Positions 1 to 13,442 of a DNA stretch of 64,000 nt are shown piece after piece. The stretch is from Octopus sinensis. Lineage: Eukaryota. The position numbers and the translations under genes are program-made. The stretch is from the NCBI RefSeq assembly GCF_006345805.1, contig NC_043004.1:42222001-42286000 (forward strand). The letters run 5' to 3'. The first letter of the stretch is position 1; every line of letters starts with the position of its first letter. Below the pieces are notes generated by a model. The model was not told the DNA's origin and searched no databases. It worked only from the letters and a program-made list of their open reading frames with translations.

Positions 1-472
1 TCAAGTGCCTGGAGGATGTAGTGCTGCCCTAGATCAATAGGGTTGGTGCTGGAAGACCCTATGTCTTGCAACAGGACTCTGCACCATTCCACACAAGAAG
101 GATAACCAAGTCATGGCTGTCAGGTATTTTGTGCGACCACATCACCCCCTAACATCTGGCCACCTAACGCCCCAAACTGCAACCCACTTGATTATTGTGT
201 GTTGAACACACTTGAGCGAGAGTCCAACAAAACTCCTTGTAACACTAAATTTGAATTGAAGGCAAGAATTATGGCAGCATTCACTCTCTAGAAGATTCCG
301 AAGTCGCCTGGAGGTCGTAGTTGAAGCCAATGGGGATTTTAATGAATAAAGTTTCTCTATAGTATTTCGAGAAATGTTTATGTAATTTTGGTAAATACAT
401 CTGTTAAAATAAGATATCAATGTTATTTTCATTTTTGCGTAATTTAGAGGACAATTTATTCATCGTACCTTG
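1..472 (+). mobile_element. Tc1/mariner maT-like (DD37D) transposon, 3' part with right TIR; pseudogenised
   Basis: Translates to ...YVLQQDSAPFHTRRITKSWLSGILCDHITP(fs)NIWPPNAPNCNPLDYCV..., with 37 residues between the 2nd and 3rd catalytic Asp after correcting one frameshift. Ends in GGACAATTTATTCATCGTACCTTG|TA, similar to the TIR of the copy at 51885-52746. Confidence 0.85.
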
Positions 473-475
473 TAT

Positions 476-625
476 ATACGACGGGATTCTCTCTGTTTTC
501 TTCTACTAACTCCGTTCACAATGCTATAGCAGTACACATTTGCTCAATGTGCTACGCGCCGGGACAGAACTTGGAACCATGTGTTTGGGAAGCAAGCTTC
601 TTACTACACAGTGACGTCTGCGCCT
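476..625 (-). mobile_element. tRNA-derived SINE family A, 5' head fragment (diverged)
   Basis: Matches the head half of the full copies at 19731-20140, 31566-31970 and 59150-59561. Confidence 0.8.
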
Positions 626-1529
626 ATTGTAAAATTTTGGTTAATCTCTTTGAATATGCTACATTCCGTTTTATTTCTATATGATCCGTGTTTTTGAATA
701 GGGCCCACTACCTCTATAGAGCCGTGTTCTAGGTTATTGTGATCTAAATTGTAGTAAATAGTATATATATTGCATATAAATCCGAAAACATCATCTTCAT
801 CGTAGCTCACTATAGATACATCACTGAGTTGGTTTTCATGTTCGCTGACCCCGAAGGTTTCGTCATAACGTAAAAGCATCAATGCATTCGTGTTTATTCT
901 AATACCAGGATCGTTCATGGTAGTGAATCTTTTCTCGAAATCCAATTCTTTTAGGAGAAAATTTGTGGAAAAGAATTACTAGTATTATACAATATCGAAA
1001 TGGGTAAATATGTGGATGGATATACATCAATGCGTACGTATATGAAGTGAAGGCGTGAACATGTATGCGTTTCTGCCACTACATAACTTTATACTACAGA
1101 TATGAATGCTTGGAGATATAAGAACAATAATAAATCTGATAGATGTATTATAGTCAAGAAAAAATATATCTACAAATGGCTTTACTCTTCTTCATAAGAA
1201 TCATGATGCTTCCTGTCTTGCTTGCCTGTCAAATACCAATCCTTACTTTTTTTGTTTTTTTTTATGTATTTTTATTGAAATTGTTTTTGACATCAACAAA
1301 TATTATTTTCTCGCTTTCAAGCCGACTTCGTTTTCAAACATGTTCTTTGAAAAACGAGGCATGGCATTCTTTATTATGAATTTTCCATTTTTTTTTTCCA
1401 TTTTTTTTTTCCATCTTTTGCTAACCCATAATTTTCTTTCTGTCTTTCCTTTCATCTTGATTTTCTTTCTGCCCTTCTCTCTCCTTTTATCTCTCCCTTT
1501 TCTTTCTCTATCTCTCGCTCTCCATTTCT

Positions 1530-1533
1530 TTAT

Positions 1534-1564
<31 letters not shown>

Positions 1565-1668
1565 TTTCTTTCTTTCTTTCCTTCTTTCTTTCTTTCCTTC
1601 TTTCTTTCTTTCTTTCTTTCTTTCTATCTATCTATCAATCTATCTATCTATCTCTCTCTCTCTCTCGC

Positions 1669-1725
<57 letters not shown>

Positions 1726-1749
1726 ATCTCTCTCTCTCTCGCTCTATCC

Positions 1750-1807
<58 letters not shown>

Positions 1808-1815
1808 ATATCTAT
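1530..1815. repeat. Compound microsatellite (TTTC)n/(TATC)n/(TC)n
   Basis: Direct reading. Confidence 0.95.
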
Positions 1816-2440
1816 GAAATAATCAATTTACGCTTGCTTGCTACATACATAAACACACAGAGAGACACATACGCAACTATATATGCAAATATATATACAC
1901 ACACATATATACACGAGTATCCCTATCGTATTCAGAAATGCACCCTTCTAAGCTTCTCTTTTTCATTTGTCCATATATGTGTGAGTGAATTAATGTGCGT
2001 GTGTTATCTATGTATGTGTGCGTGTATCTGTTATATCGTTTGATATATCATTTTTTTTCATTTATTTCTAATTTCTTCTAAGCTTACTATATTTCTTGTC
2101 AATATTTCACTTTACCATGTATCAATATTCCATCATTTTCTCTTCTCCATCCTCCTCACCATCACTATCGCCAGTACCACCACAATAACCATATCTTTTC
2201 CTCACCGTTTTTTTTTTCTTAATTTTTCCTTATTTTCCACTTTATTTTATTATTTTTATTCGTCTTTCTTCTCGAAAACCCTTGAATAAATATCTTATCT
2301 CTCTTCTCTCCAATTCAGTGGAATGAAAATCATTATTAAATACACGCACATACAAAATTATATGTGCATCTGAATATATATATATATGCATATATATATA
2401 TATATATATATGCATGGATGTATGTATGTATATATATCTA

Positions 2441-2524
<84 letters not shown>

Positions 2525-2891
2525 ATACACACGCACACACACATATGTGTATTTGACTTAAGTGTGTCTTCTTTACACTGCTTCTTTAGAATATTTGACC
2601 CCACCCTAAATAAGTCAAATATAACAAAATATGAAATTGAAACACGGCTAACAAACGAAGAAGACATAAAAGACTCGAAAAACATATGGTAGTGGCGTGG
2701 GTGTGGTCCTATGTTTGTGGTTCGTTAATATCAGCAGGAACACTATAGAATTAATTCGTGATGGTTGAATGGCATTGTGTTCAGTCTCTGTGGTTATTCT
2801 CGGATTCTAATTCGTGGAGCAAATATCATAGAAGAGCACGTAGGAAGAAAAAGAAAGAAGAAAAACAAAGAGATGTACTTGAATGGAATGG

Positions 2892-2924
<33 letters not shown>

Positions 2925-2943
2925 TATACAGTCACACAGCAAT

Positions 2944-2990
<47 letters not shown>

Positions 2991-3357
2991 ATACATGTAT
3001 ATACATAAATACATATATGTATATATATATATATACACACAAACACATACTAGCATACACTTCGTGAAAATATGCCTGGATTGTTGTGTTGATGACAGTA
3101 GGGGTTGGGGAGAGCGAGGTGGAGAAATCAAAGAGTGTAACTGTGTTTGAAGCGTTACTAGCAGGCAGGAACTATCCAATCGCGATATTTATTCACGAAA
3201 CTGATCGGTTGTTTGTCAAATTACTAGCTTGCTGAGACGGTGATTCTGAACGCAGAAGAAATATCTTACAGATCAGTGTAAACATGCGTATACACAAATA
3301 CAGACAAACATATGCACACATAATATACACACTCATATGCATAACATCTTTGTCTAA

Positions 3358-3394
<37 letters not shown>

Positions 3395-3479
3395 TTCTCT
3401 CTTTCTCTCTGGGAAATAATCCTGGTGGAGCATTGCAGAGAAGACGATATCAGACAGATTGCCGCCGAGGCACTTTCCT

Positions 3480-4540
3480 GCTCATCTCCATTTCGGATTC
3501 ACATTGCATATGATGTCCTCAGGCGTACCCATCTATGTTAATATGTATTGACCGAACGAGTTTATGTACGTACAGCAACATAGAAGTTTCGCCAGAAATC
3601 GCAGTTTGATTGAAAGGACCGCTTGAATGATGTCAAATCTTCTATAACTCCACTGGCTTTCTAATCTTAAGCTATCCCTAATCCTCTTTCTTCCTATTAT
3701 CACCTCTATTATACCTAACACTCCACTCCATGCACTAATTATTACGCATAGACTTTCCTTTCCAGAATGTCAGACCTCTGGGATTTCTTCTCTTCTCCTG
3801 TATTTTTCACAGGAATAAACTTTCCAAGGTTTAAGATTGCAGGTTTGTGAAATCTATAAAACCTGACACATCATTCAAGCCCGTCTATTAGAAACACATT
3901 CACGTAGATATTGTTTAAATAGAGATTGAAGAACAACTGCCCTGGAGGTGTATTATCTGTCACCGAACATAACACCGGGTTTATCAATGCCATGACTTCG
4001 AGTTCAATGTGTCATCATCCATTACCTTCTGTTATTCGTCAATACTAGATAGTCACTGATCCTACAGTGGCATCAACCACCGAATAACATTTGCTGTAGT
4101 TGTAGCAAGTCTTCTATTGTGGTGGCAACGTCTGCCCCCGGAAAAAAACATCTAACAGTTAAATGGTTTAATAGAACATGTGGTAGAAAGCAGAACATAA
4201 GGTGAGCATCACAGAGATGATCGTCGTGTTCAAGCATCATTATCATAAAGATTTATCCGTTAATTCAAGGTGTATGAAGACAATTTGAGTAATATTGTGA
4301 TCTTCCGTATATTCGAGTAATAAGCTACTTCAAAATGTTGCTCTCTCGGCCCTTTCACATGTATAGTTTTCCTAGAGTATAGCAATATACAAAAATTATG
4401 TTTCGTATAAAGATCGTTTTGATCGTAGTAGACCTTATTATTGGGCCACTGTCGTCTGTAATCTCCTGGTGCAGCGAACTGATATTAACATGGCTTGTAG
4501 CAATCTGCTCTGTTATAAAGATTGAGCTCAAAATCTAACA
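3480..4540 (-). mobile_element. Highly decayed non-LTR retrotransposon RT remnant (CR1/L2/Jockey-like)
   Basis: Minus-strand peptides YNRADC.., TDNTPPGQLFFNLYLNNIY (degenerate PQG...LFNIYINDL) and LRLESQWSYRRFDIIQ (like L.L.SLE.RR...DLI); many stops and frameshifts. Confidence 0.5.
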
Positions 4541-4895
4541 TATGCAAGAATTTGAATACATTAAGTATGTGGTTTTATATAGCTACGGTGTGGCCAACGC
4601 TTTTTGAGTGAAGTAGATAGACGGAAACTGCGTGGAAGCCCGTCGTAGATATGCATTGTGCGAGTAAATTATTGCACTGTATGAAAAAGGAATCCCTGAC
4701 CATTAACAGTGGTGACTATAGGGTGGACTCTCTCTTAGCATAACACAAATGCAATAAAGTTAATTACGAGAAGTATAAGAAAAAGATGTCTCGATCATTT
4801 TTAGAACATCGGCCTGTTTCTTTGTTTAACAGTAGTTGGAGTGTGATTAGTTTTCTAGACGTCACGTTCGATCTTCTCTCTGGCTTCTGTAGGTC

Positions 4896-5180
4896 ATATC
4901 ATAAATCTAACGAATATCTAATGTGCGCCGACTTTCACATCATCCTCGTAATGTAATGAAATCAATAATAAATAGTGTTTCTACTTGTATATCCATGCTT
5001 TCATCTTTCATCTACAATGAAGCTTTAATTTGAGCTGGAGACAGCTTTTCTGTTGAATATTTCCTCAGTAGATGAAAGCATGGATATCCAGGTAGAAACA
5101 CTATTTATTATTGACTTCATTACATTATGTGGGTGATGTGACAGTCGGCTCACATTAGATATTCGTTCGATTTATGATAT
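4896..5180. repeat. Foldback: inverted repeat of about 105-110 bp around a spacer of about 70 nt
   Basis: 4896-5006 (ATATCATAAATCTAACGAATATCTAATGTG...GCTTTCATCT) is the reverse complement of about 5078-5180, with scattered mismatches. Confidence 0.9.
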
Positions 5181-5194
5181 CCCGGCTAGGGGAT

Positions 5195-5560
5195 AAAGGA
5201 AAATAATGCACATGGCCTGGAGCGATAGAAGCCTAATTCATTTAAGTGAACAACATCTGTGTGACAAAACTAGAGCCATTAGAAAGAATGAATGGTTATC
5301 TCCAGTTGCACTAGAGAGCGTTAAAAGACGAGCGCTTAATAATAATAATGGCAATCTTCCTCTTTCGTATGTGTGGGGAAAAGGAGTCAGCAAAATGCAG
5401 AGTGTGTGGAATTTGGAATGCAACAACAACACACGTTGTTACAGAACGTCCCAAGTTGGCGTAGAGAAAATATGGCGAATAGAAGCAAGATCAAGTTGTC
5501 AGCACTGGGAATTTGAGCTGAAAGTATTTGTACAAATACAAAGCAAAAGTCAAACATTTA
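5195..5560 (+). mobile_element. R4/Dong-like (RLE) retrotransposon fragment, internally deleted
   Basis: N-terminal-like DKTRAIRKNEWLSPVALESVKRR joined to zinc-knuckle region SAKCRVCG....THVVTE.PKLA*RKY...QDQV; followed by (AAT)n. Confidence 0.7.
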
Positions 5561-5575
5561 ATAATAATAATAATA

Positions 5576-5621
<46 letters not shown>

Positions 5622-5631
5622 CATAATCATG

Positions 5632-6150
5632 CCCTGATGCAGTACCAGGCTGTGGCTTTCATGGCTTCTAATCTTAACTGATTGGAAATGTTGAGCTACA
5701 GCAAATATTCTGCTCAGTACCACAGATTTGCTTGTCAGTTGTTTGACTTTAACCAGTTGACCATGTCCCTTAGTGGCTGACGATATGTGCATCTCTGACT
5801 ATGAGCAGAAGTGGTGGGGGAGCATCGTAGCCATGTGTTGAGAGAGATTCTTTGGGGTTTGAATAATTCACCTTAGGAAACATGGGTGGTTCGTTCAACA
5901 TCCTTAAACCTTCCTTATTCAGGGACCATTTGAGCGGGATGGGCTACTCGACCAGAAGAAAATTCTAACTGGGCCCCACCTGCAAGGTCATGCGCTGTTT
6001 ATCTTGATATGAGATCACCGTGTCACGCGCATGTGTTTGTGATGCATGTGCCCGGTGTACACTTATCAGACGGGTAGTCATGATGGGTGTACTAGGCTTC
6101 GTATATTTTAACCCAATGTCACTTTGATGACATGCACTGCTCTCTCACTC
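5632..6150. mobile_element. About 520-bp non-coding interspersed-repeat-like element embedded in (AAT)n
   Basis: Noticeably GC-richer block with sharp ends, flanked on both sides by (AAT)n. It resembles a high-copy Octopus repeat from memory, but is single-copy in this window. Confidence 0.45.
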
Positions 6151-6199
<49 letters not shown>

Positions 6200-6279
6200 T
6201 AATAATAATAATAATAATAATGTAATAATGAAGGTGATGATGATAACTAAATCCAGTGAATAACGAATCGGTAATCAAA

Positions 6280-6900
6280 TACAGAATGGGAGAAAAGGAC
6301 ATAAATGAAATTCAAAGAGACTTAACTAAATTGAAAAGAAACTTTTGCACGGTCAGTTCCAGAAATCTGTTGAGGATGTATGTAGAACAAAAGCCTGGGT
6401 GTGGCTAAACAAAATTGAAACAACAGCCCAATATCTGGCGTTAAAAACAAACAACTTGAGAAAGTATGTGTGTGGGGAAAAGGGGTAAGAAAAATGTAGA
6501 GTGTGTGGAATTTGGAATGCAACAACGACACACGTTGTTACAGAACGTCCCAAGTTGGCTTAGAGAAAATATGTCGAATGGAGGCAAGATCAAGTTGTCA
6601 GAACTGGGGATTTGAGCTGAATGTATTTGGTTGGATCATCAGGTTGAAAGAGTGCTCAAATCGGAGAAAAGCAAGACGTTAAGGGATTTTCCTATTAAAA
6701 CGAATAAAAAGATAGAAAATAATAAACCATACCTTATAATTATACAGAGGAAAAATCGAAGTTGCTTACAAGATTTTCCATCACGTCCGTTTGATTCCAG
6801 TATTGTAAAGAAAGAAGATGAAAAATTAGACAAAATATAACACCTTAAAATTTGGAAGTATAAGAATATGGAATGCGAAAATTATAAAGGTAAGAAAAAA
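6280..6900 (+). mobile_element. R4/Dong-like retrotransposon fragment with zinc knuckle and RLE endonuclease
   Basis: Shares about 170 bp of zinc-knuckle sequence with 5360-5530. Continues DHQVERVLKSEKSKTLRDFPIKTNKKIENNKPYLIII...KKEDEKLDKI, the degenerate RLE WDF.IQTD..I..N.PD...KE.EK..KY region. Confidence 0.8.
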
Positions 6901-8481
6901 TTAGAGAACTATTAGGAAATATACGTATATTATTTTTACTCGTTAAAATGATTTCCCAACATAAGAAAAATAAACTTAGATGCAATTCCCTCCCCTTAAC
7001 TAGTACATTCTTAACTTAGCAATTCCCAACAATTCAACCAAATGTCTCTAGAGATACACTTTAATTAACCCGTTAGCAGTGGGTTCTTACATTTTCCCTC
7101 ATCTATGTAGCCGTTCCATTTTCTAGAAATAGAAGCTAAATCTACTACAAATAAAGTCCAGACTTCTTAATGAAACAACAGAATGAATCTGGCGGGTAAT
7201 GTAATCCCAGATGTTTTAATGCATTAAAAAAAGATGGGTTGGATACAGTTTATTCATTAAATTTGCCATATAAGCAGCACATAGATAAGGTAGCTTTGCG
7301 GGTTGGACACAGGCATTGATGAGGCGAATGATTATGATACAAAGATGATAAGGATGGGAGAAGACAGAATGCGCCTCTTCTTCTCTAAAACATTGTTCTT
7401 TAAAAATGCATATACAGAGGTATTAACCCTCTTACAATTTAAAATACCATATATTTGGGCTAAAAAATTCATACAGTTATAAAAAATAATTTATACACAA
7501 ATTGAAGGCGATAAACCTCTACAGTCCTTCCCCGAATAATTTTCTTGCATCTTACAGGCATTCCTGTAACCGCAATCCGGGGTTCCAAAAAAGAATTCTA
7601 TAATTCTCATTTTTACACGAGTCAATTATGAGATCACAATACTTTCTTTCCAGCACCAGAGCAGCCACCTGCGGAGGCCACTCTTGGCTGTGAATACAAA
7701 TCGAGTTCCCCAGGACCCGACTATCCTTATTATTCTCCACGAAACTGTCAATAGATACAGTTGCCATTGGGTTGATTATTTGATTTCTTGACCTATTGAA
7801 GAACGACAAAAAAGACTACATTGAAATAGTAACATTTAGCCATGCAAGCTAAAGTATCCTAGTAAATATATTGGCACCTAACACGATGAGGATAGCGAGA
7901 AGTAAAACTTCTTTGGCTGGCATGTGAGCGGTTCTAACGAGTCAGTCACCTGTACATTTCTAGTAATCTAATAGCTGATACAATAATCGATTTCAATTCT
8001 AATTTAGGCAATGTAATCTTATCAAATGAAATCTGTAGAATGGAAAATTACTGATCTAAATCTGAAATGGTAAAAATTTTCTCGAAATATATTATATTTT
8101 CTATCCGTCGTCTCAGTTTATATTAGAAAAACGCAAAACGGATTAATAGAAACTTAGTAGCTTACTTTAATCCGCTTTGAAAGAAAGAGCAAAACACTAT
8201 CGAAATTTGCTCCCACCCCGCACCAAATTACCATTGTCACCTACAAAAATAGCAACAATATTTGTAATACAAAAAAGTTATATCAATGTAAGATACGAGT
8301 TCGATTTGAGGTTAAAAATAGCTTTCTGGAATGATCAGCATTTAACAATCAAGTTCGGAGGAAATTTTACCGAAATTAAAAATTCACTGGATTAAGTGCT
8401 GCGATTACAAAAATAATATTTATAGATATTATTATTATCATTATAATTGTAATTATTATTATTATATTATTATTATTACTA

Positions 8482-8546
<65 letters not shown>

Positions 8547-8548
8547 GT

Positions 8549-8583
<35 letters not shown>

Positions 8584-8922
8584 TGTAGTAGTAGTAGTAG
8601 TAGATGTAGTAGTTGTTCTTATTATTATCATTGTTACTATCGTCATCATCATCCTCGATTTCTGTGAATATCGATGAAACTTTCATGAAAGATATAAATA
8701 ACGTGACTCTGTGCACAATCACTTGTCGTAGTAATAGTTAAACGCATTACGTTTGTGTATTGATTATTTAATTCATTCTATCCAACTATCAACTGCGAAC
8801 AATTTCCCAGTGCACGAATTTCAATATCATGTATATGTACACATATACGCATTTGGTTTGTGTTTAACACAACCCAAATACATATATCCATACATGCTTG
8901 CTAACATACATATTATATATAT

Positions 8923-8980
<58 letters not shown>

Positions 8981-9040
8981 GTGTGTATATAACAATATAT
9001 GTATATGTACCCACCCCCATATATATATATAATATATATG

Positions 9041-9073
<33 letters not shown>

Positions 9074-9717
9074 GTATATATATACGTATATATATATAGA
9101 TATATATATATAATATAATATATATATATATATATATACATATATATGCATATGGTTGCGTACATGAATACATTGATTCAGCCATCCATATTCCAAGTAT
9201 AGCACACACTCAATACCGCACGCATATCCTCTATGCACATGCAAACATATCACAATTGAAACGTGCGTTCCTATTCAGGCAGTATTAGTACGTCATAGTT
9301 TTACTTCAGAAGATAATTTGCCGCAATCAAACTTTAAATCCAAACAATAATCTTTCAATTTTCAGTATGCTTCCTCATATTTATTGAGGTCTTAATCTCT
9401 TGCATCAGTTAATAATAAACTCAAATTAAAAGACATCACGTAATCTATAGTTCCAATATAAATGCTATTGTGAATATATTTAAAAAGAAGAATTTCTTAA
9501 TGAATTGTTTCTCCGAAAGTTATTTGCTTCAAGGCTTTGTTACAAAAAGGAAATGAAAGTTTATTATGATCATGATGATTATTTAAAGTTGCTATGTAAG
9601 TTAAATGAACTGTTTTCAAACGGGTTTGCAAAACAGTTTGCCGTTTGAGGTTGCACGTAAGTAACTCATCTGAGACATATCTCCTGAATGTCAGGATACT
9701 AAAGAATTTAGAATACT

Positions 9718-9762
<45 letters not shown>

Positions 9763-9802
9763 ATATATATGTGCAAATATATATATATATATACATAGAT
9801 AC

Positions 9803-9840
<38 letters not shown>

Positions 9841-9936
9841 GTGTATGTACCTATATATATATATATACACATACACTCCTAAAAACATATTCACACGCAC
9901 GTACATATACATATGTATACACACATATATATATAT

Positions 9937-9987
<51 letters not shown>

Positions 9988-10216
9988 GAGAGAGAGACAA
10001 ACTGTATGGGAGGGAGGGAAGAAGGAATATAGCAGCAATAATACTGAAACAGATTATTACACAACACTATATAATGCCCCTTAGGGAAATAAACTAAATA
10101 ACAGAACAAAGCTTAATAAATGTGATTGTTACAATAACAACAACAACAACTACTACTACTACTACAACAACAACAACTACTACTACTACTAACAATAATA
10201 ATAATAATAATAATAA

Positions 10217-10261
<45 letters not shown>

Positions 10262-10263
<2 letters not shown>

Positions 10264-10490
10264 CATTTAATGTTCGACGAAGCCACTTTACAAACCCATA
10301 TGTAAATGTTGGACGTTTCAGAATTAGTAGGGATATCTTTCGAGTGATAACATACTGAGGCAAGTAAAAATATACATTGCCTAATGCTGTCTTGAATAGG
10401 ATATATCTGGCAACAGGTGGGTTGGCCAAAGCTGGGTAGCTCAGATCATTGGTTTGCTCGGCTGTGTCAGACCGCCATCCAAACACACTA
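10262..10490 (+). mobile_element. Probable R4-like RT/3'-end scrap after (AAT)n
   Basis: NVGRFRISRDIFRV resembles the G.V.I.RGIFQGD RT motif; lies directly after an (AAT)n tract. Confidence 0.35.
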
Positions 10491-10976
10491 ACAATAGTTA
10501 TAACTTTATTTTCAAGGGAAGATAAAGGAATAATTGATTGTATTTAATCATTTCAGTATATGGCATCCCTTTTTTTTATCCGCCCGTGATGGATGTCGCG
10601 CATAGAGAACTTCATATAATATTAAATAACAGAATTTGAGACAGAAATACACTTAAGAATACGCTGTTATTAATCTTATGACTGTCATCGTTGTAGTTGT
10701 ACCAGACAATGCCACAAGGCATTTTCTTATAAGGTATAAAATTAATAGTACTAATGTTAATATTGCTACTTATGATGTTAGTGAAGATGACAAAGATGGG
10801 GGCGACGGCGAAGACGACAACAACAACGGTGACGATGATGATGTTGATGATAAAGATGAATCTTTAAATGAAGTATCAAGGTCTAAATAACTACATCTTA
10901 CAAATCCCTAACTCTCTATCAACCAGAATCTCTAGAAGGAACTCAACAACAACAAGAGCCGTAACAATAAGGACAG

Positions 10977-11007
<31 letters not shown>

Positions 11008-11213
11008 CACGACTACGTCAACATTAACAACAACAATATTGTTCTCTTTTTAACCACATAAACATATATACGGTTCATACATGAATACATTGACTCAGTC
11101 ATCTATACTTCCATACATTGTTTGCATTTAAATATGGAGTAAGTGATAGTACGCTACAGAGTACGATTTCGTAAAAATACATAAGAAGAATAACATAAAT
11201 AAATAACAAAAGA

Positions 11214-13330
11214 TTAATGATAAAGAAAAATTCAACAAGCGGGGAACTTTCGATGGCTACCCATGGAAGCCCCGTAGAAACCGAATGCTGTTATCTTAAT
11301 ACAACATCAGTAGATAATAGTGCAAGGAGGAGAAAGTGGAACAGCGACAAAATCAAGATAGTGACGCAATGCTATTTAGAAAGTGAATCTAAAAGAAGGA
11401 GCTATAGATAACGGATTTCTAACACTTTGGGTACAGAAGGGTATGCTTAAAGTGCCTGAGCAGAGAATTGTAGATCAAGCTAATGCTATGAGGCGAAGAG
11501 ATTAGATGACAGAATTGGAGGTGGAAGAGATCACAAGAGAACTGGAAAAGAAAGACCGGGCAGTGGAAAAGACAACCAACAGCATAAGCGATACAGCTCA
11601 AGCCAAAGAGGAATCTAAAGGAAAAAATAATAATAGCGCTACGAATAAGGAAGGGACAACTGGCATCAGCGATTTAACTTATTTAAGTGATCTAGATCAT
11701 AAGATTTTAGATGAGTTGCTGGAATTGATGAGAAACAGATTGCCAGCATTAACGGTACCATGGGAAGCTGCTAGATATGACGAGGAAAGTATATTCCGTT
11801 ATCAGTAGGATAGATTCTAAAATACAGTTGACACTAGCTTGATCTATGCAAGAGGGGTAGTAGTTACTAGATTAGATATTCCACAAGGAAAGATTAAAAA
11901 AGAGAAAATGTAGAATGTAGAAAAGGTAATTACAATATGAAATGAAGACTTTAAAAAAAGATCTGAATAGTATGGAAACCTGGAACTGAACATGTTAGGA
12001 AACACAAGATGCAAATAGTCTCTTGAGAAAAGGTACTTAGTCAATGAGAAAGATATAAGCATGGGATTTGGCATAGATAAGTGTGCAATATTAGTTATGA
12101 GAAAGGCGCAGATAGCCAACAGTGAAGGCATCCAATTACCAGATGGCGAGTCATTAAAATCATAAAAGGAGAGAGTTATAAATATTTAGGAGTATTAGAA
12201 TCTGACAGAGTATTATCTATAGAAATGAAAACGAAAATTAAGGAGTACATCAAACGGTTAAGGAAGTTAATATGGTTCGAATCAAGTGAAGGCTGTAAAT
12301 ATATGGACCATATCACTACTTTGATCCTCAGAGGCTTTTGTAGATTGGACAACAACTGAATCAACAAAGTTAGACGGAAGAACTAAGAAGGAATTCAACA
12401 TGAAAGGAAGACTCTACCCAACGGCAGAGGTAGCAAGATTACACTTACCAAGTAGAGTGGAGTTAGCTAGAGTAGTTATAAACTTCTATGTAGGTAATAG
12501 TGAAGAAATGTTATTAAAATCCGCTAGAGTCACAGCGAGACATAGGGAAATAAAAACAACAAGCGAAGTTAAAAACCAGAAGGAGAAAGCTTTGCATGGT
12601 ACATCCCCAAACATAGTTACAGCAAATACTAGTATTGAGGCATGGTTATGGTTGCAGAAAGGAAGGCTGAAAAGAGAGACAGAAAGTTTGTTAGAAGCAG
12701 CGTAAGATCATGCATTAAGGACTAATTGGATAAAAGTCAAGAGAGACAAAAACCAAGTAGTTGCCCAATGTAGGCTATGCAAATCAAAAGCGGAAAGCTT
12801 TACTCACATAGTAAGTGAATATAGCATGCTGTCAAAGAAAAACTACAAGAAAAGTCGTGACAACCTAGGGAGAGTAAGCCACTGGGATTTATGTAGAAAG
12901 CTGGATTTGAACATACTGATAAATGGTATGAACATGAACCTAGTAAAGTAAGGAAAGTAAGAAGTATAAGATGTTGTGGGACTTTAATATTCAGACTGAC
13001 CTTGTAATAGAAGCTAGAAGACATGATTTAGTAGTAGTAGATGAAAAGAATAAAAAGTGAAGTGCTAGATAATTGACGTTACAGTCCCAAATGATGGAGA
13101 AGAGGTGTAGAAAAGGATAACAAAGTACCAGGAGCTATACATTGAATTACAGAGACTATGGAAAGTGCGGGTAAATTGCATCCCAGTAGTTATAGATGCG
13201 TTGGGAAGTATCCCTAAAACTTTGAACAAAGAGATAGAGGAAATAGGCATAAAACCCAGTTTAGTACAGCTCCAGAAAACAGTGTTATCGGGGATAGGTA
13301 GGATGCTTAGGAGCGTTCTTGGCATTTAAG
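11214..13330 (+). mobile_element. R4/Dong-like RLE non-LTR retrotransposon, about 2.1 kb, internally deleted pseudogene
   Basis: N-terminus RRRKW..KIVTQCYLES..RRSYR...EQRIVDQAN. RT end DIGMGFGIDKCAILVMRK, then MKGRLYPTAEVARLHLP and AWLWLQKGRLKRETESLLEAA*DHALRTN. Knuckle QCRLCKSKAESFTHIVSE; RLE WDFNIQTDLVIEARR..IIDVTVP..LQRLWKV..IPVVIDALG..QLQKTVL..MLRSVLGI*. Followed by (TAC)n(AAT)n. Confidence 0.92.
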
Positions 13331-13352
13331 GTTACTACTACTACTACTACTG

Positions 13353-13397
<45 letters not shown>

Positions 13398-13403
13398 ATA
13401 ATA

Positions 13404-13439
<36 letters not shown>

Positions 13440-13442
<3 letters not shown>

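Noticed and set aside
3470-3520. Minus-strand CTGAGGA...TCCGAAA
   Set aside because: No valid helix II closing pair and no NUH site with a matching helix I.
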